Shown here one piece after another: positions 56,198 to 64,000 of a stretch of 64,000 nt of DNA. Source of the DNA: Blastocatellia bacterium. GTDB taxonomy: Bacteria > Acidobacteriota > Blastocatellia > UBA7656. Position numbers and translations under genes: made by a program. Each line of letters begins with the position of its first letter. The first letter of the stretch is position 1. The stretch is from assembly GCA_039648975.1 (NCBI GenBank), contig JBBWZK010000135.1, forward strand, positions 753 through 64,752, given 5' to 3'. Under the pieces are notes generated by a model, which was not told the DNA's origin, ran no database searches, and saw only the letters and a program-made list of their open reading frames with translations.

Positions 56198-56480
56198 TAT
56201 AGCGATTTTCAAATGCGTTTGCCATGTAGCGCAAGCTGTTAGCTTGCGCAGCGACTCGCGCAAGCTGTTAGCTTGCGCAGCGACTCGCGCAAGCTGTTAG
56301 CTTGCGCTACATCCGATATTCAAAGCACGGCTGACAGAACACTAGAGCAGATTTCAATTGGATTAAGCCACAATCATGTAGGGGAGGCCCTCTGTGGCCT
56401 CCCCAGACTGCGCCGGCGGACTCTGGGGCGACCACAGAGGGTCGCCCCTACATGCTAAACCGATTTGAAAACCGCTATAG
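56198..56480. repeat. composite palindromic element, copy B (inverted relative to copy A; hairpin core triplicated)
   Basis: The reverse complement aligns end to end with 27440-27655. Differences are compensatory substitutions in the GC hairpins (56375-56454), a ~15-nt divergent stretch next to the first hairpin arm, and three tandem GCGCAAGCTGTTAGCTTGCGC(AGCGACTC) units at 56229-56307 instead of one. Confidence 0.85.
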
Positions 56481-56604
56481 GATTGGGTAATTGCAAAATC
56501 GATTCGATTGGGAACATGAGTTTCTCCTTTCATGAGGTGGTTATCTTGAACCGGATTGATAATCCACTATTGCTTGTTTAGCTTCGCTCGATGAAAACGT
56601 CCGG

Positions 56605-59600
56605 TCATGGAATACCTGAAATGGGCACATCACCACTCGTGCCCCAACCAACTACAACGAACGCGCCATTGGAACTCTGCTGAATGTACCAGGTGCCATT
56701 ACTCGGTCGCCAAACCACCACATCAGCTTTGCCATCGCCGTCATAATCAGCCGCTGCCGGCTTATCCGTATTAATGCCCCAGCCAGCTAATTGCAATGCG
56801 CCGTTGCTACTCTTCTGGATATACCAGGTGCCGTTCGACGGTCGCCACACCGCCACATCGGTCTTGCCATCACCGTCATAATCGGTAGCCACCGGCACAT
56901 CGCCGTTCGTCCCCCAGGCGACCACTGTGGTCGTGCCATTGGAACTGTTGTTGATATACCATAGGCCAGTCGAGGGCCGAAACACCGCCGCATCCGCCTT
57001 GCCGTCGCCGTCGAAGTCGCCAGCTATTGGTACATCGCCACTCGCGCCCCAGCCGACCACAATGAGTGCGCCGTTAGAACTCTGCTGGATGTACCAAGTG
57101 CCGTTTGAGGGCCGCCAGACCGCCACATCGGCTTTGCCGTCACCATCATAATCGGCGGGCGCAGGTTTATCCGTAGAGATGCCCCAACCAGCCAACAGCA
57201 ATGTGCCATCGGAACTCTTGAGGATGTACCAGGTGCCGTTTGAAGGTCGCCAGACCGCAATATCAGTCTTGCCGTCGCCGTCATAATCGGCGGCCACCGG
57301 CACATCACCGCTCGTCCCCCAGACCTCCACAGTCGTCGAGCCGTTTGAACTGTTATTGATGTACCAGGTGCCGGTCGAGGGGCGAAACACCGCGACATCG
57401 GCTTTGCCATCGCCATCAAAGTCGAAAGCTTTCTTGCCGCTAGCAGCCTGATTGACGGTGAAGGTCTGGCCAGCGATGGTCAAGGTGCCGCTACGGGAAG
57501 CACCATTGATGTTCTGGTCGACCGAGTAGCTGACCGTGCCGTTGCCGCTGCCGCTGCCGCCTCCGGTCACCGTGATCCAGGTGTTGTTGCTGGTGGCTGT
57601 CCAGGTGCAGCCGGCGTTGATCGTCACCCCTACCGTGTCGGAGCCGCCTTGAGCGCCAAACGACTGTTGCGACTTGCTCAAGCTCGCGCCACAGGAATTG
57701 ACCGTGAGCATGAAGATGCGCGTCGTGGTCGCGTTGCAGTTGTCGGTCAGCGTGACGGTGACCTTGTAAGTGCCGAGCGGGTTGGCATTCATGACGGTCA
57801 CGCCGCCGCTTGAGACATTACCGGTGAAGCTGCCCGTAAAGCCGGCGGGCTCGGCCACCGCCGTCACGCTGGTGACGCTGTTATTATCGGCGGGCGCGAC
57901 GTCTGGGATAGCCGTGACGGTGCCGCCCGGCTGAACGACGGTGTCGGGATAGTTGCCGACGGCTGGCGGGCTGTTGGCGGAGACGGTCACGAAGAGGTAA
58001 TCGTTGGCCGTGGCTGAGGCGCTGTCGGTCACCGTCAGCATGAAGAAGGCGTCGGTCGCGCTGCACCCAGCTACGACATCAGCCGTCACCACCCCAGCCG
58101 CGCTGACGCTGATGTTCGAGACGGTGACGCCATTGACGGTGGCGCTAGTCGCGCCGTTGACGGTGACGATCAGCGTGTTCAAGGGCTGATGTAGGGCAGT
58201 CACGTTGGCGATGGTCGAATTGCTGGCCGGGCTGCCCTGCTGGCGGCTGACCGCCACGGCGCTGATCGTCAGCGGGTCGTCGTCAAGAATCCGCACAGTC
58301 GAAATGATTCCTATGGTCGCGTTGACGGGGTTCGACAGCGTGACCCTGAACGTCTCGTCTAATTCGTGGAGGGTGTCGCCGATGATCGAGACCGTGATCC
58401 CTTGCGTGCTCACTCCGGGCGCAAAGGTAAGATGGCCCGACGCCGCCACGAAGTCTACTCCACTCGTCGCCGAAAGGGCGATTGTATTGTAGTCGACGCT
58501 CACCGTCCTTCCCGTTTCCGCCGACAAGCTCACGGTGACGACTACATCCTTAGTTCCGCTGTCTCCCTCCGGTACATCGATGTTACTTGCGGTCAGGACC
58601 AGGGGCGTGCTGCTATCCTGGATGATCATGGTTGCCGTGGGCGGGTATCCCAGCGTCTCCAAATTGGTAACAGCAGCCAGTGCCAGTTGCACGGTTTCAT
58701 CCGGTTCGGTTACTCCGTCATTCGCGATGGGAATGTTGATCGTCTTGGTGATCTCTCCATCCGCAAACACGAGGGTTCCTGAAACTGCCGTGTAGTCGGA
58801 CCCGGCGGTCGCGGTACCGTTCGCGGTGCTGTAGTTGACCGAAAGCGTGCCCTTGCTGCCGCCGACGCGAATCACAGTGATCACGGCACTGCCAACGTCT
58901 TCGAGCACCTTGTAGGTTGCGCTGCTGAATTGGGCGCTTCCAGTCGCGTTGCTTGAGTCGCAAGGCGAAAACTCAGAGGTGTTGCCGGCGGAGTCGGTGG
59001 CCGTCGCGGTAATGACTCTGCCGGACGCCAGAGTCATTGAGGAGATGAAATTAATTATCGCGTTGCCGTTGGCATCGGTCGTGACGCTGGTCGTGTCGAA
59101 GAAGCGCGCCCCTTCGCCATTCCCCGAAGGATCGCCCGCCGCGTTCGAATAGAAATCGATTCGGAAGCTCGTACTTGGCATAGAGTTAAGCGTTCCTTGA
59201 ATCGTCGTGCCGCCGCCGTTTGGAGTCACGGAAGTCAATACAGGGAAGTTCTGAAGGTTGTTCGCGCCGTCGTCTGCGTCCCCTGGGTCATTGGCCGTCA
59301 CTCCTGTGAGGCCAAGATCGATACCCAGGGCACCATTGGAAAAGATGGAGTTCCTGAGAATCCGATTGCCCGTGCCTGATGAGATAGCAATCCCGTTCCT
59401 GCCGTTGAAAGCGATGGTATTCCCCGCCGTGCCCTCGCCGCCTATCGTATTGTCGGAGGCGACAGAGATGGCCACGCCATCCAACCGATTTGGCAGCGGC
59501 GCATCGCCTGTCGCGTTAAGACCTATGAGATTGCCTTGCACCAGATTCCCTGTGAGGGTTGCCGTGGTGCTGCCGCCTATTTCTATACCTGACTTGTTTC

Positions 59601-62600
59601 CCGCTATCACATTGCCGGCCCCGGGCGCCGTGCCGCCGATCAGATTGTTGATCGAATAGACGACGATGCCACTTGTCGGATTGGCCAGGGCGAATTTTCC
59701 GGTCACGTCGGTGCCGATATAGTTCCCTTGTATCGTGGCCGTATCGCCGCCGCTGTAGCCCAATAAAACATTGGCCCCGCCATTGCCGGAAATGATATTG
59801 CGCGCCTCGGGGGCGGTCCCGCCGATTAGCGCGTGATCTCCAGTCGACACTCCGCCGGCAGTATTTCCGAGCGCGACCGTTCCGGTGATGTCGGTGCCGA
59901 TGAAATTGCCCTGGAGCCGACTTTGCGCGCCGGAAATCTGGACTCCCATGTAGTTGCCCGATATAACGTTGCGTGCGCCAGGGGCCGTTCCGCCGATAAG
60001 CGTGTCCGAGCCGCCCGCCGAAATGCCTGTGCTAGTATTGCCAATCGCCGCCGTGCCGGTTGCGTCCGTGCCGATCAGGTTTCCCTGAATCACCGTGCCT
60101 GAAGAATCGCTATTGATGCCACGCTGATTTCCTGAAATGAGATTGCCCTCGCCCGGCGCTGTCCCGCCAATAATATTGTTGGTGTTTGGAGGAATGCCCG
60201 AAAAATTGACGAACTCGATGCCGTTGATCCCATTAAACACCGCCGCGCTGCCACTCGCATTCGTGCCTATGAAATTCCCCTGGACACGATTTCCCGAACC
60301 GTTCATCTCCATTCCGTGAAAGTTGTTCCCGGAAATGACATTGCGCGCCGCCGGGCTCGCGCCGCCGATCAAATTGTTTGAGGAGTTGTAGATCGATATC
60401 CCTGTGTGATTGCCTAGATCCAGGGTCCCTGTCGAATCGAGGCCGATGTAGTTTCCCTGAATCACATTGCCGTTGCCGCCATTCAACGAAATCCCCGCCC
60501 CCGAGTTAAGCCGGTTGATGGTGAAACCGCGAATGGTACTGCCGCCGGCACTGATGGCGAAGCCGGCATTGGCATTTGTCGCCGCCCCATTGAGTTCGAC
60601 CAGCGGCGTGCCTGCATAGCCGGGCTGCGTGCTCGCATCGATCACGACCGGGCTTGTAATTTCCGGCAGCGCCAATTGCAGGTTGATGGCATGAACTCCA
60701 GCGCCGGGAATGTTGAATACGATCATGTCCAGGCCAGGGCTGGCGTTCGCATCCATAATCGCCTGCCGTAACGTTCCCGGCCCGTGATCGTTGGCGCTGG
60801 TCACCACGAAGTTCTGGCGGGTCGATGCGAAGTCGGCAGCCTGATCGGCGCTCAGGTTGTTGAGGGTCCGATTCGCCGGACTAAACGTGAAACCGAACAG
60901 CGAAGGCGTCAGGGTGTAGTTGCCGCCGCCGGCGAGCGTGAATGAGTAAACGCCGTTGCCGTCGGTCGTCGTGACATTCTGCTGTGAGCCGCTCAGCGTC
61001 ACGGTCACGCCACTCAACGCCGCACTGTTATTGGTGACGTGGCCGCTAACGGTATAAAAAGGCGTGCTCGTCGGGGTGGCGATGAAGGTAACGGTCTGGT
61101 TGCCGTGCAGATTGCTGAAGCTCTGCGACGCCGGCGTCATGGTGAAGGTGGGCTTCGCCGCGCTTACCGTAAAGTTTCCGCCCTCGCGCAAGTGCGAGAA
61201 CTGGTAAGCGCCATCGCTCTCCGTCACGACCGAGCTAAAAGACACGCCATCGCTCAGGGTGACGCTTGCGCCGCTCACCGGGGCATTGTTTCCATCGAGC
61301 ACGTGACCACTGATGAGGTAGGACATCGTCAGCTTCGAGATGAAGGCGTCGGCGAAGCCGCGGTTGAACGGCTGATAGGCATTGGGGGTGACAGGAAAGT
61401 CCGGCGAGCGGGTTTGCCCGGCGACGTAAGCGCTCCCCGCCGCATCCACCGCGATGGCATAGCCCTCGTCGTTGAGGTAGAACGAATCGTTAGCGGCGCG
61501 ATTGCCGCCAAGCAGAGTCGAATAGAGCAGGGCAGTGCCCGAAGGATTGAGCTTGACGACGAAGGCGTCATCATCACCCGGAAACACGTTCACCCCCGCG
61601 TAGAGTTTCGCCGGCGCCTTCGGGTCGATGATCACGGACGAGACGAATGGATACGTCAGCCCCCTGTTTACCGGGGCCCAGGTATTACCACCGTCGGTGC
61701 TCTTAAAGATACCCCCGCCAAAGGTGCTGGAGGTGGTGTAAAGAGTGGTCGGAGTCACCGGGTCGATGATGATCGGGCCGCTGAAGCTCGTAGTGAGGGA
61801 CGTCCAACTCGTTGCGCCGTTCACGCTCTTGAATATCCCGTTGCCCGTGCTGGCATAGAGCGTCGAAGTGGTGAACGGATCGATCACTATTCTTTTTATG
61901 AAGGTAGATGTCAGCCCGTTGTTGATTCCTTGCCAATTGACCCCGCCATCGGTGGACTTGAACGCGCCTCCTGGGGAACTGTCAACGCCCGCATAGATTG
62001 TTGTTGGTGTCCCGGGGTCGATGGCGATTGTGTCAACGAACACGAGGGTCTGACTGCCCTGGACCGTCCAGTTGGCGCCTCCGTCCACGCTCTTGAACAC
62101 GCCATTGCCATAAACGCCTGCATACAGAGTTGAAGGTGTCACCGGATCGATAGCGAGTGACAGCACATCCGTGACGCTCAGGCCCGTGTTCGCGGCGTTC
62201 CAGGTGTTGCCGCCATTCGTGCTCTTGTAAACCCCCCTGCTGTTATTGAAATCGGTGAACCTGGCGGCCAGGTATACGGTCGACGGCGTTGCCGGATCGA
62301 CTACCAGCGCCACGACCGTAGGCTGCGCGAGCCCGTTGTTGCTCGCGCTCCAACTTTGCCCGCCATCCGTGCTCTTGTAAACGCCGCTTCGTGTTCCCGC
62401 ATAAATCGTAGACGATTTAACCGGGTCCAAAGTGAGAACGGTCACAATGTCACTCTTCAACCCGTAGTTGTCGTTGTTCCAATTGCCGCCCCCATCCGCG
62501 CTCTGAAAGAAGGGGCTCTTGGTTCTGAGCGCCCCGGGCATGACCGGGAAATCCGCCGAGTCTGTATAGCCGGTCACGTAAGCGTTGCCCGCCGAATCGA

Positions 62601-64000
62601 CGGCAATGCCCCGACCGACCTCCGGGCTTGACCCGCCGATATAGGTCGAATAGATCAGGCCGGAGCCCGCGCTGTTCAACTTGGTGACAAAGGCGTCTCC
62701 GCCGACATTGGTCGGCTGAATGGGATTGGCCAGGGGAAAGTTGAAACCTGCCTGACCCGTGACGTAGGCGTTGCCCGTCGAATCGACCGCTATGCCCCAG
62801 CCAATGTCCATGTCCGCGCCACCAAGAAAAGTGGAATAGGCGAGTGTCCCGCTGCTGTTCAGCTTGGTCACGAAGGCATCCCCGGCGAACGTGTCTCCGA
62901 TGATCGGCTGAAACGCGTTGAGAGTAGGGAAATTGGCCGAGGTAGTCGTTCCCGTGACATATGCATTGCCCGCGCCATCCACAGCCACACCATACGCGAT
63001 GTCTATGGAGCCGCTGCCACCCAGATAAGTCGAATACAGCAGCGCATTGCCCGTCGCATTGAATTTCGTGACGAACGCGTCATTGGCCCCGGACAAAGTT
63101 GACTGGTACGCATTGACATTGGGGAAGCTCGACGAGGTGGTTTGGCCAACGACGACAGCACTGCCACTGGAATCGACCGCGATGCCGTTGGCAAAGTCGT
63201 CGCCGCCGCCGCCCAGGTAAGTTGAATAAACCAGACCGGAGCCGTTCGCGTTTAGCTTGGAGACAAACCCTTCATAGTCGTTAAGCGATCCCCCGGAAAG
63301 ATATGCGCCCGCATATACGGTCGCCGCCACCGGATTGATCGCCAATGCCGTAAAGCTGGTCCGCGTCAGCGTCTCATACACTTTGGTCCAATTGTTTCCA
63401 CCATCGATGGTTTTGAAAATCTTTCCGTCTCCAGTGCCTAAATAGAGTGTCGATGAAGCGGAGGAACTGAGCGCCAGTGAGCTAACCTGAATGTAGCCGG
63501 AGATGCCGTTGTTGAACGGAGTCCAACTTCCCCCTCCGTTCGTGCTCTTGAAGACGCCGCCGCCAGACGTGCCGGCGTAGATAGTCGAGGCGGGATCAAT
63601 GGTCAGCGTGTGAACCGTCGTTGTCGTGAGCCCGGTGTTCACTTGGCCCCAATTGGCACCGCCGTTCGTGCTCTTAAACACTCCGCCCCCACCGGCGCAG
63701 ACATAAAGTGTCTGAGGGGTCATGGGATCGACGGCAATCGCGCTAGGCCCTCCGTAAGTGAGACCGGCGGTGTATTTCGTCCAGGACGCGCCTCCATCGG
63801 TGCTTTTGTACACGCCATCAAACGACCCACCTGCATAAACAGTAGTCGGCGATGTAGGGTCAATCGCTAGCGCGCTCACGGTAACTCCACTCAAACCGTT
63901 TGTGAGTATCGTCCAGCTACTTCCTCCATCAGTGCTCTTGTAAAGTCCGCCACCGGGCGACCCATTCGTAACTAAGCTCGCATAAAGCGTGGTTGGCGAC
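56605..64000 (-). CDS. giant surface/secreted multidomain protein (BNR/Asp-box propeller repeats, SBBP repeats, CarboxypepD_reg-like, parallel beta-helix, Calx-beta, BACON-like, 6 FG-GAP/VCBS-like repeats); N-terminus beyond right edge
   Basis: Track ORF 56605..63894 begins at an internal TTG. Hand translation of 63895-63999 in the same frame is stop-free (SPTTLYASLVTNGSPGGGLYKSTDGGSSWTILTNGL-) and continues the YKSTDGG..W repeat. Motifs seen: YSTYLGG...G.GIAVDS.GNAYVTG (SBBP), NVISGN...IQGNYIGTD.TG (beta-helix), ANGTATAGSDYTAVSGTLVFADGE (Calx-beta), DYDGDGK.D.AVWRPSNGTWY. Confidence 0.9.
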   Translation of the reverse strand, partial: SPTTLYASLVTNGSPGGGLYKSTDGGSSWTILTNGLSGVTVSALAIDPTSPTTVYAGGSFDGVYKSTDGGASWTKYTAGLTYGGPSAIAVDPMTPQTLYVCAGGGGVFKSTNGGANWGQVNTGLTTTTVHTLTIDPASTIYAGTSGGGVFKSTNGGGSWTPFNNGISGYIQVSSLALSSSASSTLYLGTGDGKIFKTIDGGNNWTKVYETLTRTSFTALAINPVAATVYAGAYLSGGSLNDYEGFVSKLNANGSGLVYSTYLGGGGDDFANGIAVDSSGSAVVVGQTTSSSFPNVNAYQSTLSGANDAFVTKFNATGNALLYSTYLGGSGSIDIAYGVAVDGAGNAYVTGTTTSANFPTLNAFQPIIGDTFAGDAFVTKLNSSGTLAYSTFLGGADMDIGWGIAVDSTGNAYVTGQAGFNFPLANPIQPTNVGGDAFVTKLNSAGSGLIYSTYIGGSSPEVGRGIAVDSAGNAYVTGYTDSADFPVMPGALRTKSPFFQSADGGGNWNNDNYGLKSDIVTVLTLDPVKSSTIYAGTRSGVYKSTDGGQSWSASNNGLAQPTVVALVVDPATPSTVYLAARFTDFNNSRGVYKSTNGGNTWNAANTGLSVTDVLSLAIDPVTPSTLYAGVYGNGVFKSVDGGANWTVQGSQTLVFVDTIAIDPGTPTTIYAGVDSSPGGAFKSTDGGVNWQGINNGLTSTFIKRIVIDPFTTSTLYASTGNGIFKSVNGATSWTSLTTSFSGPIIIDPVTPTTLYTTSSTFGGGIFKSTDGGNTWAPVNRGLTYPFVSSVIIDPKAPAKLYAGVNVFPGDDDAFVVKLNPSGTALLYSTLLGGNRAANDSFYLNDEGYAIAVDAAGSAYVAGQTRSPDFPVTPNAYQPFNRGFADAFISKLTMSYLISGHVLDGNNAPVSGASVTLSDGVSFSSVVTESDGAYQFSHLREGGNFTVSAAKPTFTMTPASQSFSNLHGNQTVTFIATPTSTPFYTVSGHVTNNSAALSGVTVTLSGSQQNVTTTDGNGVYSFTLAGGGNYTLTPSLFGFTFSPANRTLNNLSADQAADFASTRQNFVVTSANDHGPGTLRQAIMDANASPGLDMIVFNIPGAGVHAINLQLALPEITSPVVIDASTQPGYAGTPLVELNGAATNANAGFAISAGGSTIRGFTINRLNSGAGISLNGGNGNVIQGNYIGLDSTGTLDLGNHTGISIYNSSNNLIGGASPAARNVISGNNFHGMEMNGSGNRVQGNFIGTNASGSAAVFNGINGIEFVNFSGIPPNTNNIIGGTAPGEGNLISGNQRGINSDSSGTVIQGNLIGTDATGTAAIGNTSTGISAGGSDTLIGGTAPGARNVISGNYMGVQISGAQSRLQGNFIGTDITGTVALGNTAGGVSTGDHALIGGTAPEARNIISGNGGANVLLGYSGGDTATIQGNYIGTDVTGKFALANPTSGIVVYSINNLIGGTAPGAGNVIAGNKSGIEIGGSTTATLTGNLVQGNLIGLNATGDAPLPNRLDGVAISVASDNTIGGEGTAGNTIAFNGRNGIAISSGTGNRILRNSIFSNGALGIDLGLTGVTANDPGDADDGANNLQNFPVLTSVTPNGGGTTIQGTLNSMPSTSFRIDFYSNAAGDPSGNGEGARFFDTTSVTTDANGNAIINFISSMTLASGRVITATATDSAGNTSEFSPCDSSNATGSAQFSSATYKVLEDVGSAVITVIRVGGSKGTLSVNYSTANGTATAGSDYTAVSGTLVFADGEITKTINIPIANDGVTEPDETVQLALAAVTNLETLGYPPTATMIIQDSSTPLVLTASNIDVPEGDSGTKDVVVTVSLSAETGRTVSVDYNTIALSATSGVDFVAASGHLTFAPGVSTQGITVSIIGDTLHELDETFRVTLSNPVNATIGIISTVRILDDDPLTISAVAVSRQQGSPASNSTIANVTALHQPLNTLIVTVNGATSATVNGVTVSNISVSAAGVVTADVVAGCSATDAFFMLTVTDSASATANDYLFVTVSANSPPAVGNYPDTVVQPGGTVTAIPDVAPADNNSVTSVTAVAEPAGFTGSFTGNVSSGGVTVMNANPLGTYKVTVTLTDNCNATTTRIFMLTVNSCGASLSKSQQSFGAQGGSDTVGVTINAGCTWTATSNNTWITVTGGGSGSGNGTVSYSVDQNINGASRSGTLTIAGQTFTVNQAASGKKAFDFDGDGKADVAVFRPSTGTWYINNSSNGSTTVEVWGTSGDVPVAADYDGDGKTDIAVWRPSNGTWYILKSSDGTLLLAGWGISTDKPAPADYDGDGKADVAVWRPSNGTWYIQQSSNGALIVVGWGASGDVPIAGDFDGDGKADAAVFRPSTGLWYINNSSNGTTTVVAWGTNGDVPVATDYDGDGKTDVAVWRPSNGTWYIQKSSNGALQLAGWGINTDKPAAADYDGDGKADVVVWRPSNGTWYIQQSSNGAFVVVGWGTSGDVPISGIP
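56614..57423 (-). repeat. in-gene tandem repeat: six 135-nt (45-aa) FG-GAP/VCBS-like units organised as two 405-nt three-unit blocks
   Basis: The protein units pair 1~4, 2~5 and 3~6. For example DYDGDGKTDIAVWRPSNGTWYILKSSDGTLLLAGWGISTDKPAPA pairs with DYDGDGKTDVAVWRPSNGTWYIQKSSNGALQLAGWGINTDKPAAA. The blocks are 56614-57018 and 57019-57423. Confidence 0.85.

Noticed and set aside
61039-62133. 364-aa plus-strand ORF, plus many 60-140-aa ORFs on both strands between 56.8 and 63.9 kb
   Set aside because: They are antisense or out of frame within the giant repeat-protein gene. They are Arg/Gly/Ala-rich translations typical of GC-rich shadow frames.

Overview
64-kb chromosomal window, probably from an Acidobacteriota-type genome. 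That placement is inferred from the PadR + duplicated-FtsX 'ADOP' permease pair, the ECF-sigma/Ser-Thr-kinase pair and a giant BNR/SBBP/FG-GAP surface protein; no database search was possible. Left ~27 kb looks like GC-rich core. It holds an envelope operon: three tandem secreted paralogs translationally coupled to a DUF2723 glycosyltransferase that runs off the left edge. It also holds a complete L-rhamnose utilisation cluster (bifunctional aldolase/dehydrogenase, isomerase, kinase, ABC importer) in which the second permease is fused in frame to the binding protein. The rest of this part is an MBL hydrolase, ABC1 kinase, NIPSNAP, PadR-ADOP, and a hemicellulose-debranching pair (CE15-like+SGNH esterase, GH51). 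From ~27.4 to ~56.5 kb lies a visibly AT-richer, repeat-laden accessory segment bracketed by inverted copies of a 216/283-bp composite palindromic element. It contains: (1) a type I R-M locus ordered hsdR-hsdS-[REP-RAYT-REP]-hsdM; (2) a tightly coupled haem-peroxidase / 134-aa double-glycine protein / cyclase-less LanKC-type lyase-kinase cassette, my top candidate for an undescribed system; (3) a convergent ECF sigma + TPR Ser/Thr kinase pair; (4) four same-strand envelope genes, the last two a 1125-aa orphan secreted protein and a 961-aa trypsin-PLD fusion; (5) a DUF1624 acyltransferase, a beta-helix protein, an orphan ExbB/TolQ and two hand-found small ORFs. The right 7.4 kb is the 3' part of a >2460-aa surface protein that runs off the right edge. 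I saw no rRNA, tRNA or CRISPR array. At least four REP/MITE-like repeat families are present, and they create many spurious ORFs and N-terminal extensions in the ORF track. All domain calls rest on motif recognition by eye. Repeat coordinates are +/- a few nt.
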